DNA of 64,000 nt from Utricularia gibba (taxonomy: Eukaryota; Plantae; Magnoliophyta). Position numbers and translations under genes: made by a program. The notes under the pieces are model-generated. The model did no database searches, was not told the origin of the DNA, and saw nothing but the letters and a program-made list of their open reading frames with translations. The stretch spans positions 434,001 through 498,000 of the forward strand of contig CM007991.1 of NCBI GenBank assembly GCA_002189035.1, in the 5' to 3' direction. Positions within the stretch are counted from its first letter, which is position 1. Every line of letters starts with the position of its first letter. Below are positions 1 through 11,949 of the stretch, one piece after another.

Positions 1-53
1 CACATGAATATGAGAAATTCCCGAAAACCAATCACATGGGGACAAGTTTATAC

Positions 54-555
54 CTCATTCCCGAATCCAACTCCGATCCCGAACAAGATCCGTCCGAGGA
101 TCAGGACGCCGAGATTGGGAGCGGCGCCGCTGATGACAGCTGCGATTATGAAAAGCGAGGAGGCGGCCCGAATGGTGAGACGACGGCCGAGGACGGTGCA
201 GGCCTTCCCAGCTCCAAAGCTGGCGAAGAGCGCAGCCAGGTACAATGAAGATGTGAAGAGCTGAAGAAACTGATCATCATATTTGCAGTAGTTATCTTCC
301 CTGGCCACAAGCTTCCTCCTGTAAACACCAGGGAAGAATTTCTCCAGGAAATCATCCATGGCCGTAACTCCACCTGCAGCAGAAATCCACACATTCATTT
401 CGAATCATTCCAATTCACAGCACGCAATGAATCCACTCCCAGTTACCAGATATCCCAATGTCGTATCCGAACATGAGGCCTCCACAGGCTGCAAGGCACC
501 AGCTGGTGACGACATAAGGTGTGACCTTGGAATAGAAATTCTGCTGTGACGCCAT
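54..555 (-). CDS. Sugar transport protein (STP6/STP8-like hexose:H+ symporter, MFS), 5' part only; gene runs off the window start
   Basis: Exon 1 555-447 (MASQQNF...GGLMFGYDIGIS), intron GT446..AG374, exon 2 373-54 (GGVTAMDDFLEKFFPGVY...NYCKYDDQFLQLFTSSLYLAAL...LILGRILFGIGVGFGNE), then a GT donor. Motifs are diagnostic of plant STPs. Confidence 0.93.
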
Positions 556-798
556 CGGAAGCTCTCTGTGCAGCCTATGGAGTGTTGGATTCGGACATGA
601 CTGGAAAAGGAGTGCTATATAAAAGGCAGCCAAGTAGAATATCAAGGGGAAGTTAGATCTCTCTTTGACTCATTACTCAGATAAATTCTTACTCACAAAT
701 TCTCTCTCTTACAGACTCTCTCTCCTTTGATTTGGTCTAGTTATTCAATTCGATAACTTTTTTTATGATTTTTTTTATTTTTTAAATTCAAAATAATT

Positions 799-811
799 AA
801 ATAAATAAATA

Positions 812-845
<34 letters not shown>
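799..845. repeat. (AAAT)n followed by (AT)15 microsatellite
   Basis: Read directly: AT dinucleotide run 816-845 preceded by AAAT repeats. Confidence 0.9.
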
Positions 846-847
<2 letters not shown>

Positions 848-1722
848 ATTTATAATTATAAAATTTAAAATGAAAAATTTAAATATATAATAAATTAATC
901 ATCTATTTATACTAATTTAGTTTTTCAAAAACATTGATTTTTTGTATTCGTATATATTGATAGTTTGTCTTACATACTTGTTAGTTATTCGATATCATAT
1001 AGTTTAAAATGGAATCTACGAAATAAACTTTATATTTATTTTTATTTTTATTGACATTCTTTATGTAATAACTTACGAACATAATTTGTCGTTATATACC
1101 ATCCATTTTAAACTAATCTAAAAAGATTATATTTCCTTACACTCAATTGAAGTATGAAGGATTAATTTAACGCATTTCTATATTCTTCACATATAGCAAA
1201 TGCAAATATATTTTATTGATTCAATTTCTCTACGACGGATAATACGTTATTAAGATTTAGATAATGCATCAAGTAGAAATGAAAATTAGGATAAATTTCT
1301 CATATCTAGAAGTTTGGCCGGCGTGGCATCAAACATTCCTTCGTACGCCGGAAAATGCGCCTAATTGCATTCCCCCAACTAGGTTATTGAATTAGGGATT
1401 GTTGTGTTAATGGGGATTTTCATGATTAACACTGTCTTAACATTCCTAACAGGGCATTAAGAATCTTATTAAATTAAATAGCATTCACAATATTTGTGAT
1501 ACTAAAGGGACATTGAATTCAGAATGTTTTAAATACAAAGGAAAATGAAGCGCTGTTGCAAACTTGAATTTGAAGATACTCCTTGATTTCCTCCACAAAT
1601 CTTGAACACAAAAGCATCTATTTTTGGAATTCTCTGTCTCTCTGATGCTTCTCCATTTTCCATTGAATCAAAAAGCTTCAACCAAAGAAAGCAGACTTCT
1701 CTGGCATTCATCTCTTGACAGG

Positions 1723-2769
1723 ATGGCCTGCCGGAGCTCCTCTTTCTCCTCCTTCCTCTGCCTGCTCGGCCTCCTGTCCCTCAATCTCCTCCACCCCTAC
1801 ACCGCAACATCCGCCGTGCGCCTCCATGCGACCTTCATGATCACCCCTTCTTTCCGTGAAGCCCCGGCATTTCGCAATGGTCACCAATGCAAGTCCTCCA
1901 ACAATCAGACCATCCACATTGTCATGCCTCTGGACGTGAACTACATCAGAGGAACAATGGCTGCTGTTTTGTCGATTTTGCAACATTCGACCTGTCCTGA
2001 GAACGTTTCCTTCCATTTTCTTACCATTCACATGGAGCCAGAGTTCCTGTCCCTCATCAAATCCACATTCCCTTACCTCAACTTCACAATGCATAGATTT
2101 GATGCTAATCGAGTGCAGGATAAGATATCGAAATCAATCCGCCAAGCCTTGGACCAGCCTATAAATTATGCAAGAATCTACATGTCAGAGATTCTTCCAA
2201 TGGAGGTGAAGAGGGTGATATACCTGGATTCGGATATTGTAGTGGTGGATGACATTGCTAGGCTTTGGAGTGTAGATTTGTCTAACAAGGTCTTAGCTGC
2301 ACCTGAATATTGCCATGCAAATTTCACCAACTACTTCACTGAGGCCTTCTGGTTGGATCCCACATTGTCCTTGACATTCAAGGGGCGAAAGCCCTGCTAT
2401 TTCAACACTGGTGTGATGGTAGTTGACGTTGAAAGATGGAGGGAAGGAGGGTATACCGAAAAGGTGGAGGGGTGGATGATGATTCAGAAGCAGAAGAGGA
2501 TTTATCACTTGGGATCATTGCCTCCAGTGCTGCTCGTCTCGGCCGGAAACATCAAACCAGTCCACCATCGATGGAACCAACATGGACTAGGAGGCGACAA
2601 TATGGAAGGTCGATGTAGGAGGCTACACCCGGGACCTATCAGCCTTCTTCACTGGAGTGGCAAGGGGAAGCCATGGCTGAGACTTGATGCCCGAAGGCCG
2701 TGCACAGTTGACTACTTGTGGGCTCCTTATGATCTCTATTGCTCTTCCCATGTTGCCCTAGAAGAGTAG
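1723..2769 (+). CDS. GATL4: Galacturonosyltransferase-like protein (GT8), GATL4-like, single exon
   Basis: ATG 1723 (the ORF-track start at 1624 is TTG). N-terminal hydrophobic anchor, [46 protein letters not shown] (DxD) and [11 protein letters not shown] motifs; very similar to Arabidopsis GATL4 as recalled. Confidence 0.93.
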   Translation: MACRSSSFSSFLCLLGLLSLNLLHPYTATSAVRLHATFMITPSFREAPAFRNGHQCKSSNNQTIHIVMPLDVNYIRGTMAAVLSILQHSTCPENVSFHFLTIHMEPEFLSLIKSTFPYLNFTMHRFDANRVQDKISKSIRQALDQPINYARIYMSEILPMEVKRVIYLDSDIVVVDDIARLWSVDLSNKVLAAPEYCHANFTNYFTEAFWLDPTLSLTFKGRKPCYFNTGVMVVDVERWREGGYTEKVEGWMMIQKQKRIYHLGSLPPVLLVSAGNIKPVHHRWNQHGLGGDNMEGRCRRLHPGPISLLHWSGKGKPWLRLDARRPCTVDYLWAPYDLYCSSHVALEE

Positions 2770-2849
2770 CAAGGATCATGCTTCAAGTACATCATACATA
2801 GTGTCAATGCTTCAAAGTTCAAACAACTCTATGCCGAGCTAGTGTAACA

Positions 2850-3500
2850 ATTGTGTGTGTGGCTCAATTTTGTAGATTGGTTTTGATAGCATACATGATG
2901 CCCTTTGAAATTTCAAACCTCTAAAAAACAAAAGATCTCTGAGGCTTACCAATGAGCAGAGGTGGGGGAAAGGGCTCTGAATCCTATCCTCCCGCAACAC
3001 AGATGATGTTGAAGAACTACTCCAAAATCTGAATGTTGATATTAGATCTTCATAGCTCGAAGTCACAGGATATTCCTGTGTCATGATTGTAGAGATTAAC
3101 AGCTGAGCAGGGTAGTATAAAAATCATAAACACCCAAGTGCAGATTTCCTCGCATTCCCTTGAAACAATCCAAATCTCATATTCACTTTCAATAACCAAG
3201 GATAATGAACGAATATGTACAAAAAAAAACCATGAAAAAATACACGCTTGAATCCAAGACACAACCACATGGTAAATCATGAGAAACACAACGCAAACCT
3301 CCTGGTGCGAGGAAGCAGCTCCACTGGTGACATCATTCGAGAATCAGCACGGTTAATGGAGGACACGGCGTCGTACACATGCGGAGGCAAGGGCAAATTG
3401 CGAGAGAGAAAAAATGAGCGCGCAGATTGGTGCCCTGGCAGCGACGAACTGGGAGACGGTGGACCGAGGCGGGGCTCCGCCACCTGGGCAACACCATGGG
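2850..3500 (-). ncRNA. Candidate spliced non-coding or small-ORF transcript convergent on GATL4
   Basis: Donor-like GAG|GTTTGC at 3299/3298, U-rich 223-nt intron-like segment, acceptor ACACAG|GAA at 3076/3075, site-II motif TGGGCT at 3540-3545, GC-rich first exon. No long ATG ORF survives splicing. Boundaries are approximate. Confidence 0.3.
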
Positions 3501-4105
3501 GGGCAGAATACACTGTCGTGCGAATGATTTTGAAAATTATGGGCTTGGCGTTCAAAATAAATAATAAAAACTGTTCCCATTTCAACGATTGGGCAGTTTT
3601 ACGGTTCGCGTCGAACACAGGTGTAACTTACTGACGTATCCCTTCTCTCTAAAAAGCATGGCAAAAGGATCTAAAAAGCATCTGTCTGAAAAAGGGAAGA
3701 GAGCTGCAAATGACGGTCAGTTGTATAAGCGATGCTCCACACAGCATTTGTTGCGTGTGAAATAGTACACTAGATGCAGCTCATCGAGACCAAAACTGCA
3801 AACCAAAGTAATCAAGCACAAGTGAAAACAGAAGAGACAGCAATAGTATCCTGTTTATGTTTCTGTCAAGACTTGGATTCCTAACACTGGACAGGAAGAA
3901 GACATATACAGGACTGGCGCCTCATAAGGGAGAAGAGAACTCGCCCGCTCAAGCTTTCCTGATACATCAGAAGAACCACAAAACGCGAGCCAATTATGAT
4001 CACACACCTTGGACAAGTCAGCATCCCCATGATATATGATTTCAAGAAGCAAGTATATGATTTCTCAGAAGGCTGTTGACATAGGGATGTACTGAAATTT
4101 ACCAA

Positions 4106-7100
4106 TTATTTTGCAGGAGAAGCGAACCTTTTTTTCTCTGTTTGCCGATGACATATTCGATCCTTGGGTGAAGATCCTTTAGCAGCACACGCCTGACGCA
4201 TGCGTTCTGCAAGTTGACATTTGATGAGATTCGGGAAGATTGAGTACATGGAATCAATATAACGGCTACACACTATAGATAACTATTAAAAAAAAACAGT
4301 GGAGGATAAATAATGCTAAAAAATACCAGAAATTGGGAACACTAACGTAAAATGGTTGGTTATGAGTCGCAGGTTGCAGCAATGTCTGGTTTATTAGAAA
4401 AAGCAGTATTTGAAAGAAAAAGAAAAGGAGAGAGAAGTTCTGCGTTCAAACTAAAACCTTTAAGGAGACCCCACATTCTGGAAGGCTGGAAGAATGAGCT
4501 TGTTACGTTGTTAATACTGAACAGAAAGACCTAAATGAAACACTAAGATAGCTTCATGGAGGCAGCAATAGGATTACCCAATCAACTAAAATGACTCCAT
4601 GGAAACATGCACGTGTAAAAATATGTCTATAAGCATACATGTATCAACATGTATGAGAGAGAAGAAAGGCAATTGCATTGCAAATTGAAATGCATGAAAT
4701 TCCATAAGACTTGCCTCTAGTTCGTTCAAGCTCTTCTGCAAGCTCCTCCTTCCATTTTCTCTGTATCTCAGAGAGTCTAGAACTACAGGGAACACAATTA
4801 CTCTAACCTAACCGAGATGAAGCTAATCATGACAATGTGTAACAATGATACCGATTTACCTTGAAATATGTGACTCATGCTGATGATCAAGCCCTTCTTT
4901 GGACTCCAGAGATGCTTGAAAGTTGACATCATCACTATTTGGTATCTGTCTAGAACAACACCCTGGACTAGAGTTGAGCTCAGCAGTGATTGCAGTAGAA
5001 AACCTTCGGCTCCCCACTTTATTTGGAGACCTACTTTTTGGAGGCAAATTGCAACTGCCTAATACATTTTCCGGATTGCTATCTCCCAGAGGAGTAGGAG
5101 ACCCCACTACATTTAATGATTTGTAGAAATCATAAAGGGGTGTTTGCAGCTTTTTTAATTCTGAAGCCTACACGGGTACAAGTCACAGGCTTGAATAAGA
5201 TTCCAGAAATTAACCAACGAAGAAAATAAAGTGAAAAAAAGTTCCTGGAACTCTCAGCAAACTATCTCACGGAGGTGCATTTCCGAGATATAAATTAAGA
5301 CAAACTTTTCAAACCTAATAATCAAAATAAGAACCAACCTTATCCTCCAGAAATGCACGTATTTTTGCTTCAGTTTCTTCATCATCTTCTTCAGGGGCTG
5401 ATGTTCCCCTTTCCAATGCAGAGCCATAGCCAATCTGTAAAGAAACTAGAGATCCAGTTCTAGGCTCGAGATTTTGATTGCAACTAAAGTCAGCTGTACT
5501 TTCCGTCAAAACGGGGCTTCCGTCAAACTTGCATATCTTATCATCATCGGGGTCACTCACAGGATTAAAACTCTACATAAAGTCACAGACTTCAGTTGGT
5601 ATTTTCCAGCTCTAAATTAATCAACATCACACACCTGAACTTACATGATTGCAGTCAAAAGGAAGAGAATTATCTGTCATCTTTGTGAATGAGCCAATCA
5701 CAAGATCATCTGCATCATCAATCCGGCACATATCATCATCAAATTTAACGGATTGCCACGAAAGTTCCTGATTGGAGCGTGGTGCAGAATAATCGGTAGG
5801 GCTTTTTGTAGCAACCAATGCATCATTATCCTTCCGATCATTGCCACAATTTCTGGGAATCTGCTTTCCACAACTTCCCTGTTCATCCAGATGTTAAGCT
5901 CATTAAGTCATGTATGTATTTGAGAGAACACGAAGTACAGTCTGAGAGAGATATTTCCTAACCATGTGTGTTGAGTGTTCCTGAATTTCTCCAGTTACAA
6001 ATGGATGCTGCAAAGCAGATAATAAAAATGAACACTGTGAATGAAAAATCTCCAGAAAAAAAGAAAACATAATGGCACAGTTTCCTCATGCAGACACGCT
6101 GCCTTGAAAACCAAGCGTTTTTAAATACCTTTAGCAGCTCTGAAGCAGTAGGCCTCAACTCGGGCTCCCTGGAAAAATATATGATGTCCAATATGAAATA
6201 TCATGGAAGTTGAAAACAACTATGCATGGAACATAAAAGGATTTTGTATATAATAATTGATTCTAATGAACAAACTCGCATCCTATGATTCAAATTTTAT
6301 GAATAAAAGAAAAAAAAAGCATACTTCTGTAAACATTTTAACAAGAAGTCCCTTGCTTCATTCGAAAGATGATCTGGTATGGGTGGATGAGATTTGGTGG
6401 TTCCCACATAAAAAAGAGCAGCATACTATAATGCATCAAAATATCAGAGTATTAATTGATGCATCAAGCCAACAAAGTATTAATAAACTAAGCAGCACTA
6501 CTAATAGGTCGATAAAACCTCCTGATACTGCTGGCTCCAAGGAGCCTTCCCAGTAGCCATTTCAATTACAGTGCAACCAACGCTCCATATATCTGCAGAG
6601 CTGCAAATTTTAGATTTAGTATCTAATAGGCTTTGTATACAAAGAGGGAGAGTAAAAGCTCAAGGTAAAAGAGGAACATCTTAACAAGAAAAATGTCCGC
6701 AGTTGTTCTATCAGAAGAGTATTCTTTTAATAATACACTTATAAGCAGATCACCATCATGGATACTAAAATGAAAACACAAAAGAAATGAGAGCCGCTGT
6801 CCAAATTCTTGCAAAAATCTTCAACAAGCGCATGCAGTAAATCTATTTCATGAAAACTCGTTTGATAGAAAAACATTTCCAAAACTGATATTCAAGTTGA
6901 AAACACAAAGATATCAGCTCAAGATACGTTTTTTTTTTTAAAAAGTCCATAAAAAGCGCATCAATGTGATTCCAGAAATCAGAAGAAGACAAGGATGATA
7001 CACCGAGTACAATGACTTTGCATACTCCAAGTGATTAGCCAATTCACAAAGTACATAAATGCCAGCCTAGAGATCAAAGAAACAAGGATAGCACCATCAA

Positions 7101-8873
7101 GTACAATAATTTTGTAGATGCATTCAACTTACTAGCTGTGCCCACTCTGAACAATGACTTCGGGTGCCATCCAGTATGGTGTACCCTTCATTGATTTGGC
7201 ACAAGTAATGGTGGCCTGCAGATGCAATCAACCCAATCCTTATTATGGTTGGTGAAAATGAAGTTCAACAGCTCTTTGAGAGAGGAATGTCAATACCAAT
7301 GCTTCAACTTTCTTAGATGCTCCAAAATCAGCAAGTTTAATGCAACCCTTATTATCGACAAGTATATTTGCTCCCTGAAATAGCAATAAGAAAGTAAGTC
7401 TGAGCACGTGAAGGCTTTTAGGAAATGTCGAGCTTGCTGCATGCTATTAAGTCTCAAAAGAGAAACTGTTTGGTGTTCCTTGTAATGGTGCTTTTTTATT
7501 AAGTAAGCAAATCTCTTTTTTTTACCCTACAAAACAAACTGACGGTGAAATTGATGTATCTGAAATGAAATACAATGTAATTTAAGTTAACCATATATAA
7601 AACTAAAATGCAAAGTTTGAGTCATACATGGAGCGTTTGCAAGCTCGAGAGCATAAATGGGGATACAATGTACCACCAAAAAAAAATAAAATGTTTCATA
7701 GACAAAAGTACCTTGATGTCCCGGTGCATAATTTTGTTTGTGTGTAGGTACTCTAGTCCCAACAACAATTGCTTTGTGTACATTCTAATAACCTAGAAAT
7801 TTCATATGGCAGAGAAAATGAAATTAAATGCAATGGCAAATCATACATAAAATCAAAGGTGATATCCAAGAAGTAGCTCCACCGTACTTGATGTTAGAAA
7901 TACATAATAAGTCACTTACAGATTCGGGAAAAAACCCAAACTTTCCCAAAAGAGATGAAATAGAACCACCAGGCACAAATTCCAGTAATATATTAAGAGA
8001 ATCCACCTCCCTTGCTATCCCTAAGTACCTCTGCAGGTAGGATAACGTATCCTTGGATCATTAACTGAAACGAAATACCTGACTAACATTGAAACTTGGG
8101 CAGTTTTCTTACCACAATGTTTGGATGTGAAAGATTTTTTAGAAGATTCACTTCTTTCTCAAGTTCCATGATATACTCCTGATGAATTCATTGCACCAAA
8201 TTTCTGGTGAATATAGTCTCAAGATGAAAAACGCTATGCAAGCATTGAGAAAAACGGATGGATGAATACGGAAACAGATGCATAGCAAGGGTGTAATCAA
8301 TTACTTGTGTCTTATTCGAAGCACCCTTGGCTGCAATTGAGACCTGCATTAAAAAGAATAATAACGCCAAGAATCAACAGATATATCTGTGAGCTAATAT
8401 CCAGACACTGAAAAACCAACTAAATCCACCTCCTTCACAGCAAGCAATTCGCCAGAATCGAGGTTCATCCCCATGTGAACTCTTCCAAACGCGCCACAAC
8501 CAATCAACTCTCCCTTCCTCCACCGAATTGGAGGAGGCGAGTTATCCACTTCATTCTTTGAAGCTTCATACTTCACAGTCTTCGAGGCCAACACTGTGTC
8601 ATCCTTGTCTAATACCCTGAGCGGCTCATCTTCAGTGACTCCTTCCATCGGCGGCAGGTTCTCCTCCTCAAGAGGCATCAGCGGCTTCCCCCCTCCTCGA
8701 AAAGTTGTGTCAACTTGCGGAAGTGTTTGCATCGGTGTCTTAGCAAAGATTCCGATTCTTGATTTTCGAATACTTGATCCGATTCTCTCCACGAAACCAC
8801 CGAATCCGGCGGTCTCCTCTCCTGGGGGTTTGAAAATCAGAGATTTCCTAACTGAGCCGATGAACTCCTGCAT
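4106..8873 (-). CDS. NPK1: NPK1/ANP-family MAP kinase kinase kinase (cytokinesis MAPKKK), about 17 exons, reading frame intact
   Basis: Spliced by hand: [14 protein letters not shown]...[66 protein letters not shown], regulatory region [29 protein letters not shown], coiled coil [15 protein letters not shown]-terminus RFASPAK* (stop 4108-4106). Confidence 0.96.
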
Positions 8874-9406
8874 CGCCGATATAACGAGATGAGAGTAAGA
8901 ACGCGGTAAGTGGAGTGAATGTACAAGAGGCGATCGGAGATGGGAGGAGAGGGAAACAGAGGGTTTGAAATTCAATTGTAACGTCCAAGAATGATGACAC
9001 CATCGGCTAGTTACAATTGAGTCCCTGACACTTCACAAATTGCTATTGCCCCCTACCAGAAGTTTACGTTTTCCATTCTTCCCAAGCATTCATAAAAAAA
9101 GATATATCTGATTTTAATTATAAAATTTAAAGATTATCTATTTTATAATAATTTTAAAAAATATTTAATAAAAATAAATATTCATTTATATTTTGTGTCA
9201 GATGACGTAGGTTTCTGTTTAATTTCTTGTGAGTGAAAATAACAATAAATAAAACAAATTACTGATTATATTAATTTTAATTTCATTTGGCATTGCTGTC
9301 TTAGGGTTTAATATTGAGAATAGAACCTTATCCCTTCATCGGCTCTCACGGACCTCCGGAAGTGGGGGGGAAGAGCAAGAGCTGCTGCTTCGACAAGGAA
9401 TCGGAA

Positions 9407-10018
9407 ATGGCTGCAACCTTTCTCAGGATGAGCGTCAGCGTAGTCGCGAATCTTGACGCTCGTAAAACTCCTCCTCCTCCACAAAATTACTCTTCCAGAA
9501 ACCCTCTGAAACTGAAGAAAAAACAACCTCCTTCAGTTGTGGAAATCGAGCGCGCCGTCGGCGCTGGAATTTTCAGAGACAAAGATGGCGACAGGTACTC
9601 GAGACTCAAATGCCTCTATTAAAACCTTCCCACAAAATCGATTGGTTATTCTGCTTGTTATCCGTGTACTGGGGCAGTGAGGACGGGGATAGAAAGGGCT
9701 TGTTTGATACCATGATTGCAAGCTCCATAGGGAGAAGAGAATCGCCTGCGGAGAAGAAGCTCAGGGAGGCTGGGGAATGGCTTATCCAAAACACTGAAAG
9801 GAGCTCCACAATCGGTGCGCCGATTTTTCCTTTTCTCTTATTGATCGGATGGACGGAGAACATGTACAGCAAATCTGACTGTTGTTGATTCAGGGAAACA
9901 AATTCTGGTGGGCATGTTTTTGTGGGCAATTCCTCTATGGATCGTCGCTTTTCTGGTCGCGTCAGGGATCGTTGAGCTTCCCTTCCACAGCCCTTTACTC
10001 GACGATTTGATCTCCTAA
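9407..10018 (+). CDS. CRR3: CHLORORESPIRATORY REDUCTION 3-like protein (chloroplast NDH assembly/stability), 3 exons
   Basis: Exons 9407-9594, 9678-9814, 9894-10018 join in frame. Transit-peptide-like N-terminus, PSVVEIERAVGAGIFRD, EKKLREAGE, and C-terminal TM WAIPLWIVAFLVASGIVELPFHSPLLDDLIS*, matching the recalled CRR3 C-terminus (...GVIKLPFSIPFLDDLIM). Confidence 0.85.
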
Positions 10019-11949
10019 CTGATGGATGATACCCATATGTCTTTTGATGCCCTTTCTACTGCCCTGCAATTCTACTGAAACATAGTATTGGTCGAAAATG
10101 TAAATTTTCAAAAATTTAATATTTAAAATTAATAATATCAATTGGTTTCTACCACAATCCATAATTTTCATGACGATCCAAATCTTGAAATATCTTAAAT
10201 TATATATTTCATGCTTTTAATCATAAATTTTGATAATGGATGATTAGTATAATATATATGATATCATTTTGATATTTAAAATGAATAATATCATATAATT
10301 AGAATATTGTTTAAAATTATATTTTTAATTGATAACTATATTTATAAAATCTTCAAAATCAATTTAATTATCTTGATTAAAAGAAAATCAAATAATTTAG
10401 ATATTAGAATTTGGGATTTCATTTACAGAATGTAAATGTTTGTTTGGAGGCATCACTTGAATGAAGACTTAAGTTATGAAAATGAAGACATCACTTGAAT
10501 TATTACCCCCAAAATGACTTCACCTTTTTCCCCAACTCTTATTAAAATGACATAATAAAAGAAGCATTGAATAGGGTAAATTAGGCGCAGAAGTAATTTA
10601 TGCCTATACCCCTACAATCAATCATTTAGTTAACTTTTCTACATGTGAATATAGAAAGTTTGCAAACCAAGAATATTAAAAAAATCCCAAAATAAAAAAA
10701 GAAAAAACTAAAGAAATTAAATTCTAAAAATTTAAGAAGAATTAATAATAGGACCCCGAGTGGGTAATTATATGGTTATAGTTTTATATTATTTTAAAAT
10801 GATATCTTTTAATTTGAACAAAAATATTTATCTAGGTAGTAATATAAATATATAATTTAAAAAATACTAGTAAGATTGCTGCTTTTGTTATAGTTTTTTT
10901 TTACAATAGATATTATTACAAATCAATAAATTTGTTTATCATCGAAATCATAAGATAAATTATAATTTATAAATTACCAATGACTATGAATAATTGATAT
11001 TAATGTATTTGATGATTCTAATTGATATATATTAATAATTTATTAATTCAGTATTTTAATGTTTAAATAATTAAATTAGTTGGATTTTTTAATCACAACT
11101 AGATATTTTAGTTCTTTTTACTATCAAAAAAAAATCTAAATAGCCGCCGAGAGGATCCGTACAGCTAGCGTAGGGTTGGTCAAACTCTAAAGTCAACATT
11201 GAAGATTACCAAATTATTGCCACATTTAATATTAGAAAAGTACAATTTCATTTATTTATTTTCTTGATTTTAAATTATTTTTTTCATCACATCCCTAATT
11301 TAAATTAATTATATTAAAAAATTTAATTGTTAAATAAGTGTGGTGAACGATATAATTTGATTGAAGTTTGAAAAAACATCAATATAAAATTGTTTTTCAT
11401 TTTAAACTAGGTGGAATTATTTGATTTCCTTGCGGTTTATTAATTGCAATAGTTTTAAAATAAACTGAAATCATTCTTTGATTTAATCATGTTTTTTAAT
11501 TTAATTATTTTTATAATAGTTTTTAATAAAATTTAATAATTATTATTTAATTATGTTGAATTTATTTTTTAAAATTTATTTATTTTAGTAAATAATTAAA
11601 ACTAAAAAATGAAAAAAATAATAATAAAATACATTTTCTCCAGCTTCCCTCCGAATCTCATTTCTAACGTTGCTCTGTGCTGGCAATGCCCATCGCATGG
11701 ACAACTACAACAGCTATATCTGATAACGTTTATGTGTGGCGGGTTCTCTTGCTTCTGGGTGGTGTCTCTTTCGTGTATCAGAAGTTGAAAGAAAGTTTGT
11801 GGGCTCTTCAGGTTTTTCCCCGCTTGTTCGTCGCTTCATTTGTCACTAGTCTTGTTTTTTTGGTTTTTCTTTCTTGATTTCTTGCAACCCAATGCGGCGG
11901 TTTCTGGTCACTGAAGAGTTGACATAAGGGAAAGGGTAGAGAGGTGAGG

